Positions 10,063 through 24,317 are shown, counted from the first letter of the stretch. The stretch: DNA of 64,000 nucleotides from Terriglobia bacterium (GCA_965198225.1 CBDAOY010000009.1:352001-416000); one strand, 5' to 3'. The notes: generated from the letters alone by a model not told the origin. Program-made: numbers and translations.

Positions 10063-10221
10063 GCGTAGGCCGTTATCCGTAGGCCGTAGGCCGTTGTGCG
10101 GTTCGGTTCGGCTTTTCATCGATCTGCGCGTTACTCGTCAGTACTTGTCGACGTGAACGGCACAGTTCGAGCCAATCCTCGTCGAGCGCTCCGACAACGG
10201 ACAACGGATAACGGCCTACGA
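10063..10221. repeat. Inverted array of 6-7-bp microrepeats (cgtaggc/cgttatc ... acaacgg/ataacgg/cctacg)
   Basis: Left arm cgtaggccgttatccg is the reverse complement of right arm cggataacggcctacg. Confidence 0.75.
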
Positions 10222-10284
10222 ATCATCAACCACAGGCACTACGACCATTGTGGTTCAAGCACCGACTTCAGGGAGAAGCAACAA

Positions 10285-11703
10285 CTAACGCGTAGCCACC
10301 GGTGCGCGCTCACGCTTCTTCTTGCTGTTGATCCCGTGCCGCTTGATCTTCTGATTTAACGTGGACAGCGGAACGCTGAAGCTTTCGGCTGCCTCGGTTT
10401 GACTCCAGCCGGTCTGTTGGAGGCGCTCGACGATGACCCGCCGCTCGAACGCATCGAGGATCTCGAACAGCGAGCTTTCCTTGTCCATCTCGAGCGAGGC
10501 AAGCGTGGCAAATCGAGGCGAGGGATCGGTGACACTCTCGGGCAGCAAGTCCCGCCCAATCACGTCCCCATACGCCAGCACCACCGACCGCTCGACGACG
10601 TTCTCCAGCTCGCGAACGTTGCCCGGCCACGGGTAATCCATCAGGATCTTCATCGATTCGGAGCTGAAGCGATACATCGGCTTGTCATTCTCTTCGCAAT
10701 ACTTCCGGAAGAAGAAATCGACCAGCAGCGGAACGTCCTCGCGCCTCTCCCGCAGCGGAGGGACATCCAGCGTGATGACGTTCAGGCGATAAAAGAGGTC
10801 CTCGCGGAACTTGCCCGCATCGACCAGCTTCTTCAGGTCGACGTTCGTCGCCGCGACGATCCGCACATCGACCTTGATGGTCTCGGTCCCACCCAGACGC
10901 ATGAATTCGCGTTCCTGGATCACGCGGAGTAGCTTGGCCTGGGTTTCGGGGCCGATAGTTCCGATCTCGTCGAAGAAGATCGTCCCCGAGTCGGCGATCT
11001 CGAACAGACCCTTCTTGGTTGCCACGGCGCTGGTGAACGCTCCACGCACGTGGCCGAACAGCGTGCTCTCGAGAAGGTCGACCGGCATGCTGCCGCTGTT
11101 TACGGGCACGAACGGCCTGTTGGCTCGCGGACTCTTCAGGTGAATGGCCTTGGCGACGAGCTCCTTTCCGGTCCCGCTCTCACCCTGGATCAGGACAGTA
11201 CTGCGGCTCGCCGCAACCTGGGTCACAAGGTCGAGCAGGCGCAGCATCCTGTCGCTCTTCCCAACGATGTTGCTGTAACCGAAACGCTCGTTGAGGGCGC
11301 GCCGCAACTGCTGGTTCTCGCTGTGAAGCTTCCGCTGCTTGATGGCATTGTTGACTATCACCATCAACTTCTCGTTGTTCCAGGGTTTGGTCACATAATC
11401 GTAGGCGCCTGAACGGATCGCGTCGACAGCGGTTTCGATCGCGGCCATAGCCGTGATGATGACGACCGGAAGTGTCGGGTCGATGGCCTTCAGGTCAGGC
11501 TGAATCTCCAGACCGGACCGTCCGGGCAACATCAGATCGAGAAGCACGAGGTCATACAGGTTTTCCTCGACCTTTTGCAGACCTTCCTCGCCCGTGGCTA
11601 CTGATTCGACCGCGAGGCCTTCGGAGCTAAGGAGCAGGTCGAGACTGTCGCGAATCTCCTCTTCGTCGTCGACGATCAGGACCTTGTAGTTTGACTTAGA
11701 CAT
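10285..11703 (-). CDS. NtrC-family sigma54-dependent response regulator
   Basis: Receiver domain (VLIVDDE, LLDLMLP), GESGTGKE, GAFTSA, WPGNVRELEN, Fis-type HTH; real start MSKSNYK at 11703 overlaps the kinase stop. Confidence 0.95.
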   Translation of the reverse strand: MSKSNYKVLIVDDEEEIRDSLDLLLSSEGLAVESVATGEEGLQKVEENLYDLVLLDLMLPGRSGLEIQPDLKAIDPTLPVVIITAMAAIETAVDAIRSGAYDYVTKPWNNEKLMVIVNNAIKQRKLHSENQQLRRALNERFGYSNIVGKSDRMLRLLDLVTQVAASRSTVLIQGESGTGKELVAKAIHLKSPRANRPFVPVNSGSMPVDLLESTLFGHVRGAFTSAVATKKGLFEIADSGTIFFDEIGTIGPETQAKLLRVIQEREFMRLGGTETIKVDVRIVAATNVDLKKLVDAGKFREDLFYRLNVITLDVPPLRERREDVPLLVDFFFRKYCEENDKPMYRFSSESMKILMDYPWPGNVRELENVVERSVVLAYGDVIGRDLLPESVTDPSPRFATLASLEMDKESSLFEILDAFERRVIVERLQQTGWSQTEAAESFSVPLSTLNQKIKRHGINSKKKRERAPVATR

Positions 11704-14440
11704 GCACGGGCTTCCTTGCGAGCGGCAGTTCCAGCCGGAACGCCGTCCCCTTTCCGGGCTCGCTTTCGACGGAGATACTCCCGCCGTGTTCTTGAATGAT
11801 TCCGTAAGTGACCGATAGGCCGAGACCCGTACCCTTGCCGACGTCCTTGGTCGTGAAGAACGGGTCGTAGATCCTCTTGATGTTTTCGCTGCTGATTCCC
11901 GCTCCGGTGTCTTCGATCCACACGCGAAGCTTGGCATCGCTCGCGTCGGTGCGGATCCGGAGGGTTCCTCCCTCCGTCATCGCGTCCTTGGAGTTCAGGA
12001 ACAGGTTCAGGAAAACCTGTTGCAGCTTACCGGCGTTGCCGAACGCCAGTGGGGCTTCCGCCGAGAACTCGCGTTCGACCCGAACCCCGACATTCTTCAA
12101 CTGGTGGCCGAGCAAAGAGATCGTCTCGGCTATGACCTGGTGCACATCCAGCTCGACGAACTCGGTCGCGTTCGTCCTGGAAAAGCTCAAGAGGTTGTTG
12201 ACGATCTCCGAGGCGCGGAACGTCTGCTTGATGATCTTGTCCATCAGCTTGTTCCGTTCGTCACCGGGACTGAGCTGCTTGCGCAACAGCTGCGAGTAGC
12301 TCGAGATGACCGCCAGCGGGGTGTTCACCTCGTGGGCGACGCCGGCGGCGAGCAAGCCCATCGAAGTGAGCCTGTCGTTCTGAGAGAGCTGGTCTTCCAG
12401 TCGGACACGTTCGGTGATGTCGTCCACGATGATCAGCCGGCCCGCTTCGCGGTCTTCCTTGTCGACGAGGGGCGTCGCCGAGAAGTTCACGACCAGGTCA
12501 CCCCAGAGATGCTTGTACAGGTTGCGCTCTTCCCGCAGGCGCTCAAGCGACTGCAGCGGAATGACGTCGGACGTGCTCTTACCGATCATCTTCGACCGTG
12601 GGCTGCCGGTCAGCTTCTCCAGGGCCCGGTTCCAGCCGATGATGCGATCGCCGATCTCGACCATCACGCCGACGCTGATCGACTCGATGATGTTCTCGTT
12701 GAAGTCCTTGAGGCTCTCATACTCGGTGGCCTTGTCTTCGAGCGACCGGTAGAGCGTCGCGTTCTCGACAGCGATGCCGATGTAGTCGGAAACACCCTGG
12801 AGCAGGTCGAGATCTTCGCTGGTGAGGTAGTCCCCGCTCTCGGTGCGACCCATCCCCAAGTAGGCGATTACCCGGTCCTTGGCACGGCAGGGAATAAAGT
12901 AGTTCAGGCCGTGATGCTCTTCGTCCTCGAAGAAGATGTAGGGTTGATCGATGTCTTTCTTGAGGAAAGGATAGACCGTGCCAACCGGCACGTCCAGACC
13001 ATGGGCGCGAGCCATAATGAATCGTAACGGGTCGTCGGGATCTTCTAGCAGTACGGCCATCTGGTCGACGTAGAGCGATCCGGACAGGCGCTCGACGATC
13101 CTGTCGAGTACGGTCTGCAGGTCGACTTCGGTCCCCAGGTTCCGGCCAAAGTCGGTGACAGTCAGACGCAGGTTGTACCGATCCTTGTAGAAAAACTTGT
13201 CCAGCCAGGTCTGAATCTGGTCCTTGGTCGGCGCCAGAAGCAGGGCGGCGATGATCGTCGCCACAACCGGAGCGATGACACCCAGCTGCGGCATACTCTC
13301 ACCGAACAGCCCTCCGACCACCACCACGACGGTGATGTAGAAACCGACGACCGTGGCCGTCGCGAGCGTGTAGGCCATGCCGCGTTTGAACAGGATGTCG
13401 ACATCCATCAAACGATACCGATGGATCGCATACCCGAACGAGATCGGTATGAACGCAAGCGGGAACACGGCGATGTCGGCGTACTCGGACGGTACCATCC
13501 CCAGCATCCGCGGCAGCGACTGGAACACGAAGTAAGGCACAACCGCAACGACGGTGCCGCGCGTCACCCACTTCATCTGCTGGCGGAGCTCTGGCTGCTG
13601 AACGGTGCGGTACGTGTGCATCAGGATGGCCGCACTCGCGATAAAGAACAGGCCGAAATGGAAATCCGTCGCCCCGTCCAGCATATGTCGCAACACGAGT
13701 GGAGAGGGGATGAAGCCCAGGACGCCCGTCACGAAAGCCACCCACGTCACCAGCAGGACGCCGCCTGGCACGTAGAGCAGCGGCAGGGCGAAACGATACT
13801 TCTCGATCCAGGCTTTCTTGAGCGGAAACTCCAGGCAGAAGTGCATGAAGAGCGGTGGCAGGAAGACGTAGGCCGCCTGGTTGGACCAGAAGATCGTCCA
13901 GTCGAAGTCGTTGAACTTCCCGGTGCTCTGAAAGGCGTAGAGAACGAACGAAATCAGGCACACCCAGTAGAAGTGGACCGCGTGGGGCGCACGCCATCGC
14001 TTGGTGATGACGAAGATACCCACCAGCAGATGGAGGATCCCGATGATTTCCAGGTAGGCGAATTGGCTTTCGAATCGATCGGAACGTGGCGCTATGACGA
14101 CCGTGGTTTCGATCTGAGCCTCATCGCGCTCAACATGATAGGTGACTCGGGACCACTCGCCGAGATCGTAGAGCACCTTGGTGACGTGGCGATCATCTTC
14201 GATATCAATGTCGTCGATCGCTACCAGCAGGTCCCCGATCTCGACGCCGGCGCGCGCTCCAGGTCCGGAGGCAACGACTAGGGTAGCTTCGACTCCGCGC
14301 GACGTCTCCATCCAGGACACGCCATCGTCCGGCGCAACCCACTCTCTCTTCTGCTGAACGTTCAGTCCGCCCAGGATGATCATCCCCAGACTGACGATCA
14401 GGGTCGCGATGATTCGGAACGACAATATCCTTCTAGTCAT
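11696..14440 (-). CDS. Sensor histidine kinase (PDZ + multi-TM + GAF + PAS + HisKA/HATPase)
   Basis: GPGARAGVEIGDLL (PDZ), about 7-9 TM helices, AHEVNTPL H-box, DTGAGI and GTGLGL G-boxes. Confidence 0.93.
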   Translation of the reverse strand: MTRRILSFRIIATLIVSLGMIILGGLNVQQKREWVAPDDGVSWMETSRGVEATLVVASGPGARAGVEIGDLLVAIDDIDIEDDRHVTKVLYDLGEWSRVTYHVERDEAQIETTVVIAPRSDRFESQFAYLEIIGILHLLVGIFVITKRWRAPHAVHFYWVCLISFVLYAFQSTGKFNDFDWTIFWSNQAAYVFLPPLFMHFCLEFPLKKAWIEKYRFALPLLYVPGGVLLVTWVAFVTGVLGFIPSPLVLRHMLDGATDFHFGLFFIASAAILMHTYRTVQQPELRQQMKWVTRGTVVAVVPYFVFQSLPRMLGMVPSEYADIAVFPLAFIPISFGYAIHRYRLMDVDILFKRGMAYTLATATVVGFYITVVVVVGGLFGESMPQLGVIAPVVATIIAALLLAPTKDQIQTWLDKFFYKDRYNLRLTVTDFGRNLGTEVDLQTVLDRIVERLSGSLYVDQMAVLLEDPDDPLRFIMARAHGLDVPVGTVYPFLKKDIDQPYIFFEDEEHHGLNYFIPCRAKDRVIAYLGMGRTESGDYLTSEDLDLLQGVSDYIGIAVENATLYRSLEDKATEYESLKDFNENIIESISVGVMVEIGDRIIGWNRALEKLTGSPRSKMIGKSTSDVIPLQSLERLREERNLYKHLWGDLVVNFSATPLVDKEDREAGRLIIVDDITERVRLEDQLSQNDRLTSMGLLAAGVAHEVNTPLAVISSYSQLLRKQLSPGDERNKLMDKIIKQTFRASEIVNNLLSFSRTNATEFVELDVHQVIAETISLLGHQLKNVGVRVEREFSAEAPLAFGNAGKLQQVFLNLFLNSKDAMTEGGTLRIRTDASDAKLRVWIEDTGAGISSENIKRIYDPFFTTKDVGKGTGLGLSVTYGIIQEHGGSISVESEPGKGTAFRLELPLARKPVHV

Positions 14441-14480
14441 AATTTCGCGCGCCGGACACAACTGTCCGTGAGAAACGACA

Positions 14481-14496
14481 TGCAATCCGACGACCA
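14481..14496 (-). promoter_or_regulatory. Putative sigma54 (-24/-12) promoter for the kinase/regulator operon
   Basis: Minus strand TGGTCGT-CGGA-TTGCA keeps the GG-N10-GC spacing, 40 bp upstream of the kinase ATG. Confidence 0.55.
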
Positions 14497-14585
14497 AACA
14501 ACTACACGTGTTTACACAGCTTTAGCGAGCCATTGGCCCCAAAATACCATTTTTGGAAGACAGAATACAAAAAATTGTATTCTGT

Positions 14586-16226
14586 TCAGAACCTTATGTG
14601 TATGCCGCCCTTGAGGAGCCGGGGGTATAAGGCCTGGACGGTCCTGCGGGACCCGAATGCGGGTTCGAAGAGGTTTCTGGCATCGACCACGGCCTGGAAT
14701 TTGGCCGGGAAGATCTTGAGGCTGGGTAAATCTTGCGCAATCGTGATGCTCAAGGTGGGATCATTAAACTCAGTGAACGGCTGGTACGGATCGACGGGCA
14801 CCATCGAATGCCCCGACGCCCAGCGGTACACGGCGGTGACCGCCGTCTGCGTGAGATCGATGTCGGTCTTGACCCGGGCGGTCACGACATGGAGGTTCTG
14901 GCGCTCGGCCTGGGTTCGGAGATCGTCGGGAGAGATGATGTCCGGATCGAATCCGACGGCGCTGGCAAAGGTGTAGCCCACACCGGCTTCGAAGCTCCGG
15001 AAAGTTCGATCCAGGTGCAATCGCAGGCCGGTCGAGGGAGCCTCACTGCCGTCGAAGAACACGATCGCCCGCCGCCCGTTGACGGCATCGACCAGGAACG
15101 CCTGGGTACCGAGCCGATCCCGGAACGCGGCTGCCGAGACCTGAAGGGATTCCGAGAAAACGTGAGATGCCCCAATCTCGTTGTGGGAGTACTGCTCGGC
15201 CTCGGGCGGGATGTAGACGGAGCGATCGAAATATTCACGACCGCGAATCGGGTCATCGGTGTCGGCAGGTGCTCTCTGAGAGAAGGAGGTCCGGAAGGTG
15301 GTCCGCGCCTGTGGCACCCACGAGACCCCGAACTCGGGCCGGACGTAACTGTTGCTCGTGACGCCCTCCGCCCGCCCGATGTCGGCGCCGTAGTTGAATA
15401 CGAGGTGGTCAGACCACTGCATCTGTTCCTGGTACTCAACTTTGACCTCGCGCGATTGACTGCCTGGGGTGTCAGCGCCGAGCATCGCACCCTGTCGGAC
15501 GTTGATCGCCAACGACGATCGCTTGCGGTCGCCCGGCGAAAACTCATAAGACGCTCCGAACCCGCGCGGCTGATCCGGATTTTCGGTGTACTGCCCCGTC
15601 AGCGTGACCTCCGCGCCGCCACCCAGCGGCATACTGACGGCAAACTGGGAACCGACCGAATCCGAAACTCCCGCCGATGTCTCCACCGCCGCCGAGTAGA
15701 GCTGGAAATAACCGGAGGTCTCCATCCCACCGATGACCTCGTCGACGCTGTCCTCGTCGGTCTCCGGCTCTTCCTCGACCATCCGCAGGATGGGGCGAGT
15801 CGAAGGCGAGCTGCGCAGCACCCACTTCATCTCTTCGAGGCTGCCGCGGCGCACCCCGCGACGGACGATTTCCATGGCGGTCTGGAGATTGATCGTCAGT
15901 GCGGCAGTCGTGCCGGCCGCCAGCTGGACACCCCCGGTGACAGCGGGAAGGAACCGTGGTTTTGTGACCTTGATCGTATAGTTTCCAGCCGCGAGGTTCC
16001 CGATAGAGAACAGGCCGCCACGATCGGTAAAGACGAGACGCTCGCGAAGGTTGGTGTCGGCCGCCTGGATTGCAACGAGCGCCCCAATCAGCGGAGATCC
16101 CGCGCTGTCTTGAACACGCCCGCGGAGGCTGGCCGAGCCCAGTGTCTGAGCCACCGCCGTGCCGGCCCCAAACGCGCACCAAACTACAACCGCGGCCAGG
16201 ATGGCGAACTTTCGCAGGTTTCTCAT
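14586..16226 (-). CDS. Outer-membrane beta-barrel (TonB-dependent receptor-like) with carboxypeptidase-regulatory-like N-domain
   Basis: Signal peptide; LRGRVQDSAGSPLIGA..TDRGGLFSI..LAAGNYTIKV; amphipathic strands; C-terminal Phe (GGIHIRF). Confidence 0.75.
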   Translation of the reverse strand: MRNLRKFAILAAVVVWCAFGAGTAVAQTLGSASLRGRVQDSAGSPLIGALVAIQAADTNLRERLVFTDRGGLFSIGNLAAGNYTIKVTKPRFLPAVTGGVQLAAGTTAALTINLQTAMEIVRRGVRRGSLEEMKWVLRSSPSTRPILRMVEEEPETDEDSVDEVIGGMETSGYFQLYSAAVETSAGVSDSVGSQFAVSMPLGGGAEVTLTGQYTENPDQPRGFGASYEFSPGDRKRSSLAINVRQGAMLGADTPGSQSREVKVEYQEQMQWSDHLVFNYGADIGRAEGVTSNSYVRPEFGVSWVPQARTTFRTSFSQRAPADTDDPIRGREYFDRSVYIPPEAEQYSHNEIGASHVFSESLQVSAAAFRDRLGTQAFLVDAVNGRRAIVFFDGSEAPSTGLRLHLDRTFRSFEAGVGYTFASAVGFDPDIISPDDLRTQAERQNLHVVTARVKTDIDLTQTAVTAVYRWASGHSMVPVDPYQPFTEFNDPTLSITIAQDLPSLKIFPAKFQAVVDARNLFEPAFGSRRTVQALYPRLLKGGIHIRF

Positions 16227-16246
16227 CAAATGGTTTCCCGCGGGAC

Positions 16247-17854
16247 CTAGCGGTTTCCGCCTGCGTCGACAGCTTCCTGTACGATGAACTTGCTCGACTG
16301 CGTGATGATGTCGCCCGACAGGTTGTCGGTGATCCTCACCTGGATCGAGTACTCGCCGGGCTCGAACTCATCGAGCGATACCGACTTCTGAATCGTCATC
16401 TGTTGCGCTGCGTTCGAGACTTCCCGCGAATCATCGACGATCTTCTGCACTTCCTGCCCGTCCCGGGTGATCAGCGTTTCGACCGTCGCGGACGGTTTCA
16501 GCAGGTCTTCATCGATCTGCAGGTTGTAGACTTGGATCCAGTAATTCAGGTCGCGATCCTGCTTGAAACGCTGTTCCACGCTGGGGCGAACTTTCGAACT
16601 GCCCAGGATGAACGCCCCGGAACCGACCTGCCTGGGCGGCAGCGGCTCTATCAGATCGGCGAGAATCAGAGAACTCGCAGCCAGTTGCTCTTCGGGAAAC
16701 CGCGGGACGGCGAGCCGCTGGTTGATGGTCCCCACATCGTTGCTGTTGAGGTCCTTCAGCACGAGATCGATCTTGTACAGACCCGGGCGCAACGGAATTA
16801 CTTTCTGCCACACCGAATAGCTGTCGAGGGCACGCTTGAAGAGCGCGTCGGGGATATCGTTGCGGATCGTGTCTTCGAACACGTGCGCCACCCGACCGTT
16901 GATCCCGGTTACCCGACCGAAGACATTGATCAGCGAACGATGAATGCCGTCGGTTACCTGGAAGGCAATGTCTTCGTTGTCGATCTTGATCGTGACCGGA
17001 GACAGGATGCTGTCCTCGGTCACGCGGACGAAATCGGCACGCATCTCGAACGGCAGCAGGTTGTAGGAGAGCTTCGTGGTAACGATGGTTTCCAGATCCT
17101 TGAACTTGATCTCGGGCGGCTTGAACGCCTTGGCATACTGATCCAACCGCTCGAACTGATTCATCCGGGAAATCCCGCTTGTGTTGCCGTTGATGCGGCG
17201 GTTCGCTTTCGCCTCGGCGGGATCGTCGGACATCTCTTCGTCCAGGGTCAGGCCGCCGGTCGGTGTATACATCAGAGCGTCCTTTTCGAACGGGTCCATC
17301 GTGAGCCGATACTCGCCCGTCAGAGTCGGGTCGACGAACTCGAAAAGGATGTCGCTGCCGATCCCCTCGATGTACCGGTAGTTCCAGATTTCGAACGGGT
17401 AGGTGGTCGTCGTCCCGCCGCCCTCATAGATCGGCCGCTGATAGGTGCCGCCCGCCGGGTGCGACTCTTTGTTGTGGGGCGGACCATGAATGATGTAGAT
17501 CCTCCCACGATCGGTCTTCCAGCCCGGTTTGCCGGATGCGAAACGCTCGTTTGAGTACGCGATGCGCACGTAATGATCCTCGCGATACTCGTTCCCGATT
17601 GTGTCGGGTGTCGGGTCGCGGCGTAACCAGAACTGCTCGATGAACTGCTCCCGCTCTTCGTCGGTCTGTAACGCTTTGAACGCGGCCTTCTCTTCGTCCG
17701 TGATGATGTAGGCTACGTCTTGATCCAACCACCTTGCCAGTGCACGGTTCGCTCGCTCAGCACGCGCGCTTCGGCTGTCACGCTGAGCCTCGGCCGGAAT
17801 CGACACGGCCAGCAGACCGAACACAAGGGCACCCACGATGACTTTACGGTTCAT
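16247..17854 (-). CDS. GWxTD domain-containing protein
   Basis: WLDQDVAYII, FWLRRDPTP, PGWKTDRGRIYIIHGPP; signal peptide. Confidence 0.93.
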   Translation of the reverse strand: MNRKVIVGALVFGLLAVSIPAEAQRDSRSARAERANRALARWLDQDVAYIITDEEKAAFKALQTDEEREQFIEQFWLRRDPTPDTIGNEYREDHYVRIAYSNERFASGKPGWKTDRGRIYIIHGPPHNKESHPAGGTYQRPIYEGGGTTTTYPFEIWNYRYIEGIGSDILFEFVDPTLTGEYRLTMDPFEKDALMYTPTGGLTLDEEMSDDPAEAKANRRINGNTSGISRMNQFERLDQYAKAFKPPEIKFKDLETIVTTKLSYNLLPFEMRADFVRVTEDSILSPVTIKIDNEDIAFQVTDGIHRSLINVFGRVTGINGRVAHVFEDTIRNDIPDALFKRALDSYSVWQKVIPLRPGLYKIDLVLKDLNSNDVGTINQRLAVPRFPEEQLAASSLILADLIEPLPPRQVGSGAFILGSSKVRPSVEQRFKQDRDLNYWIQVYNLQIDEDLLKPSATVETLITRDGQEVQKIVDDSREVSNAAQQMTIQKSVSLDEFEPGEYSIQVRITDNLSGDIITQSSKFIVQEAVDAGGNR

Positions 17855-17928
17855 AAATCACCTCAGAAGACGATGATAGTCAACCATCATTAATAGCAAT
17901 CCAATTATCATAGCATCAAGGGGAGTCC

Positions 17929-18204
17929 TCGGAAGCCTGCTAAAATGCCCCTGATCGGAGCCCGGGACCACCGCCGCTCCGACGCAGGCGCCCCATGACT
18001 AGAGAATACACCCATTAGCGCCCATCGATCGGTGAGGTAAATCGTTAACAGTCAAGGTATTCAGTGGTTTTCGAAACCGCCTACAGCCTTCGGAAGCCTG
18101 CTAAAATGCCCCTGATCGGAGCCCGGGACCACCGCCGCTCCGACGCAGGCGCCCCATGACTAGAGAATACACCCATTAGCGCCCATCGATCGGTGAGGTA
18201 AATC
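17929..18204. repeat. Two identical 115-bp direct repeats (17929-18043 and 18090-18204) with a 46-bp spacer
   Basis: tcggaagcctgctaaaatgcccc...ggtgaggtaaatc occurs twice in the divergent intergenic region. Confidence 0.92.
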
Positions 18205-18282
18205 ACCTCATGAGACGGCCGGAACAGTCTTTCGTGAGCGTGGCCGGAGGCCGGTAGTCAGTAGTCGGTAGTCAGGTAGGGA

Positions 18283-18726
18283 ATGATGACGTCACTTCAC
18301 CGGTTCAGATGGATGGGGCCCGACACGGTCCTCGTTGCCGCGTGCGCGGTGTGGATGGCAGCCATCGTCGCGGCGCCCCTGCTCGAGTTGGACTGGGTCT
18401 ACACCTTTTTTTCCAGGATCTGTCACCAGTATGCCGAACGCTCGTTCCACCTTGCGGGAGCCCCGCTCGCGGTGTGCATCCGTTGCACTTCCATCTACGC
18501 GGGCTTCCTCATCGCCCTCCTGGCGGGACTCGGACCCAGCAGGCGCCTCCTGATCTGGGCCATCGGTCTGACCGCCGTCGAGTTCTTAATTGCGGGCCTC
18601 TTTGTCGATATAGCCCCCGCTCGCGTCTTCTCAGGGCTGCTGCTTGGGTCTGGGGCCGCCGGTTTCGTTCGGGAAGGGATCCGAGATCTTTTCGTGCGCT
18701 CGGCTTCGGAGAGGAGCTCGGTGTGA
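18283..18726 (+). CDS. DUF2085-family membrane protein
   Basis: FSRICHQYAERSF...LAVCIRCTSIYAG motif with TM helices. Confidence 0.85.
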   Translation: MMTSLHRFRWMGPDTVLVAACAVWMAAIVAAPLLELDWVYTFFSRICHQYAERSFHLAGAPLAVCIRCTSIYAGFLIALLAGLGPSRRLLIWAIGLTAVEFLIAGLFVDIAPARVFSGLLLGSGAAGFVREGIRDLFVRSASERSSV

Positions 18727-19343
18727 GGACATGTCGGCAGTGCGGCCTGACTCTGGCCGAGAACGCCCAGTACTGCATGCAGTGCGGTACACCGATCGAT
18801 CGACCCGGACCGCTCAGCCAAATCGGAACCTCGAGCTTTGCCCAGCCGGCCCTGATCGGAGGCGCGGCGCTCGGCATTCTCTCTTCTCTGCCTCTGGTCA
18901 ATCTCGGCAACTGCATCTGCTGCATCTGGGTGATCGGCGGAGGGGCGCTGGCTTCCTGGCTGCTGATCAAACAGCACCCGGGTGGCGCCGGCGGCGCCAC
19001 CTACGGCGACGGGGCATTCGTCGGCGTCCTCAGCGGGATCGTCGGGGCGATGATCACGACGTTGATCTCGCTGCCGTTCCGACTCCTGGCCGCCGAAAGC
19101 CTGCGATCTCAGCAGGAGGCCATCGAGGAACTGCTCAACGAGTATCCGGAAATGGAGGGAGCGATTCGGGAACTGATACTGCGATTGCTATCGCCTGACT
19201 TTTCTTTCACCACCTTGCTGGTGAACTTGCTGATCAACCTGATCGTGTTCTCCCTCTTCGCAATGATTGGAGGGATCATCATGGTGGCGATTCTGAAGAA
19301 GGAACCGCCGCCTGTCGGCGGCGGAGTAGTCAGTAGTCAGTAG
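18723..19343 (+). CDS. Zinc-ribbon membrane protein
   Basis: GTG at 18723 overlaps the upstream stop; CRQCG..AQYCMQCGTP ribbon followed by 4 TM helices with NCICCIW. Confidence 0.8.
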   Translation: MRTCRQCGLTLAENAQYCMQCGTPIDRPGPLSQIGTSSFAQPALIGGAALGILSSLPLVNLGNCICCIWVIGGGALASWLLIKQHPGGAGGATYGDGAFVGVLSGIVGAMITTLISLPFRLLAAESLRSQQEAIEELLNEYPEMEGAIRELILRLLSPDFSFTTLLVNLLINLIVFSLFAMIGGIIMVAILKKEPPPVGGGVVSSQ

Positions 19344-19382
19344 TCAGTTAAGCAGAAACAGCCGGTAGTAGCTTACACAGAA

Positions 19383-19427
19383 CTCCCCTCCTCAGATGAG
19401 GAGGGGTGGCGCGAAGCGCCGGGGTAG
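19383..19427. repeat. REP-like palindromic element
   Basis: cccctcctca-ga-tgaggagggg plus ggcgc-gaa-gcgcc, between convergent genes. Confidence 0.7.
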
Positions 19428-19440
19428 TGCTGAAGATGAT

Positions 19441-19467
19441 GAGGGGCGGCGCGAAACGCCGCCGCTC
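19441..19467 (-). terminator. Hairpin immediately downstream of groEL
   Basis: ggcggcg-cgaaa-cgccgcc; no strong U tract. Confidence 0.5.
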
Positions 19468-19472
19468 TTACC

Positions 19473-21110
<1,638 letters not shown>

Positions 21111-21144
21111 CTATGGTTTTACAGGGATAGAAGAATAAAAGGCA

Positions 21145-21171
21145 TTAGCACTCGCGCTAAGCGAGTGCTAA
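21145..21171. promoter_or_regulatory. CIRCE element (HrcA operator)
   Basis: Perfect TTAGCACTC-N9-GAGTGCTAA, directly downstream of a minus-strand TTGATC...TAAGAT promoter-like sequence. Confidence 0.96.
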
Positions 21172-21225
21172 TCTTACCCAAATCAGGGCTTCCGGATCAA
21201 GGGGGTGCCGAACAGGCCGGAAGCG

Positions 21226-23799
<2,574 letters not shown>

Positions 23800-23830
23800 G
23801 GTCTCTCAGATCTCCGGCTATGGCTGGCCA

Positions 23831-24277
23831 TCACTCCGAGGTAATCTTGATCTGTTTCGGTCTCGCCTTGTCCCTCTTGGGTAGCGAAATCGACAACACG
23901 CCGTCGTTGTAATCCGCCCGGATCTTGTCTTCGTTCACCATCGCGGGGATCGAAAACGAGCGGGTGAAGGAACCGTAGGACCGTTCGATTCGGTGATAGC
24001 TCTCTTCCTTAGTCTCCTTTTGAAACTTCCGGTCACCCTTCAAAGTGAGCACGTTGTTCTCCAGACTCAGCTCGATGTCCTTGCGCCCCATGCCTGGGAC
24101 CTCGGCCTGAACGATGATCTGGTCCTCGGTCTCGAAAATGTCCACGGCCGGGCTCCACGCGGTGGTCGCCGACGGTTCATCGGATCTCCATCCCCGGTTA
24201 GCCTCCTCGAAGAGGCGATTCATACGGTCCTGCAGTGTGTTTAAATCTCGAAATGGATCCCATCGAATAACGGCCAC
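23831..24277 (-). CDS. Hsp20/alpha-crystallin small heat-shock protein
   Basis: RWDPFRDL, PAVDIFET, ERSYGSFTRSF, DGVLSISLPK. Confidence 0.95.
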   Translation of the reverse strand: MAVIRWDPFRDLNTLQDRMNRLFEEANRGWRSDEPSATTAWSPAVDIFETEDQIIVQAEVPGMGRKDIELSLENNVLTLKGDRKFQKETKEESYHRIERSYGSFTRSFSIPAMVNEDKIRADYNDGVLSISLPKRDKARPKQIKITSE

Positions 24278-24317
24278 CGATAGCCCTCTATAATTTAGTC
24301 ACACGTCATGATATATA

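Noticed and set aside
10285-14497. Longer starts given by the ORF track for the regulator (11937) and kinase (14497)
   Set aside because: The extensions overlap the neighbouring gene or promoter; domain boundaries support 11703 and 14440.
14733-17554. Long + strand ORFs (505 aa, 494 aa) and similar shadow ORFs opposite groEL, clpB, queA and atpD
   Set aside because: Antisense shadows of well-supported genes in a GC-rich genome; no motifs.
17929-18204. CRISPR array
   Set aside because: Only two repeats of 115 bp, far longer than CRISPR repeats, and no cas genes in the window.
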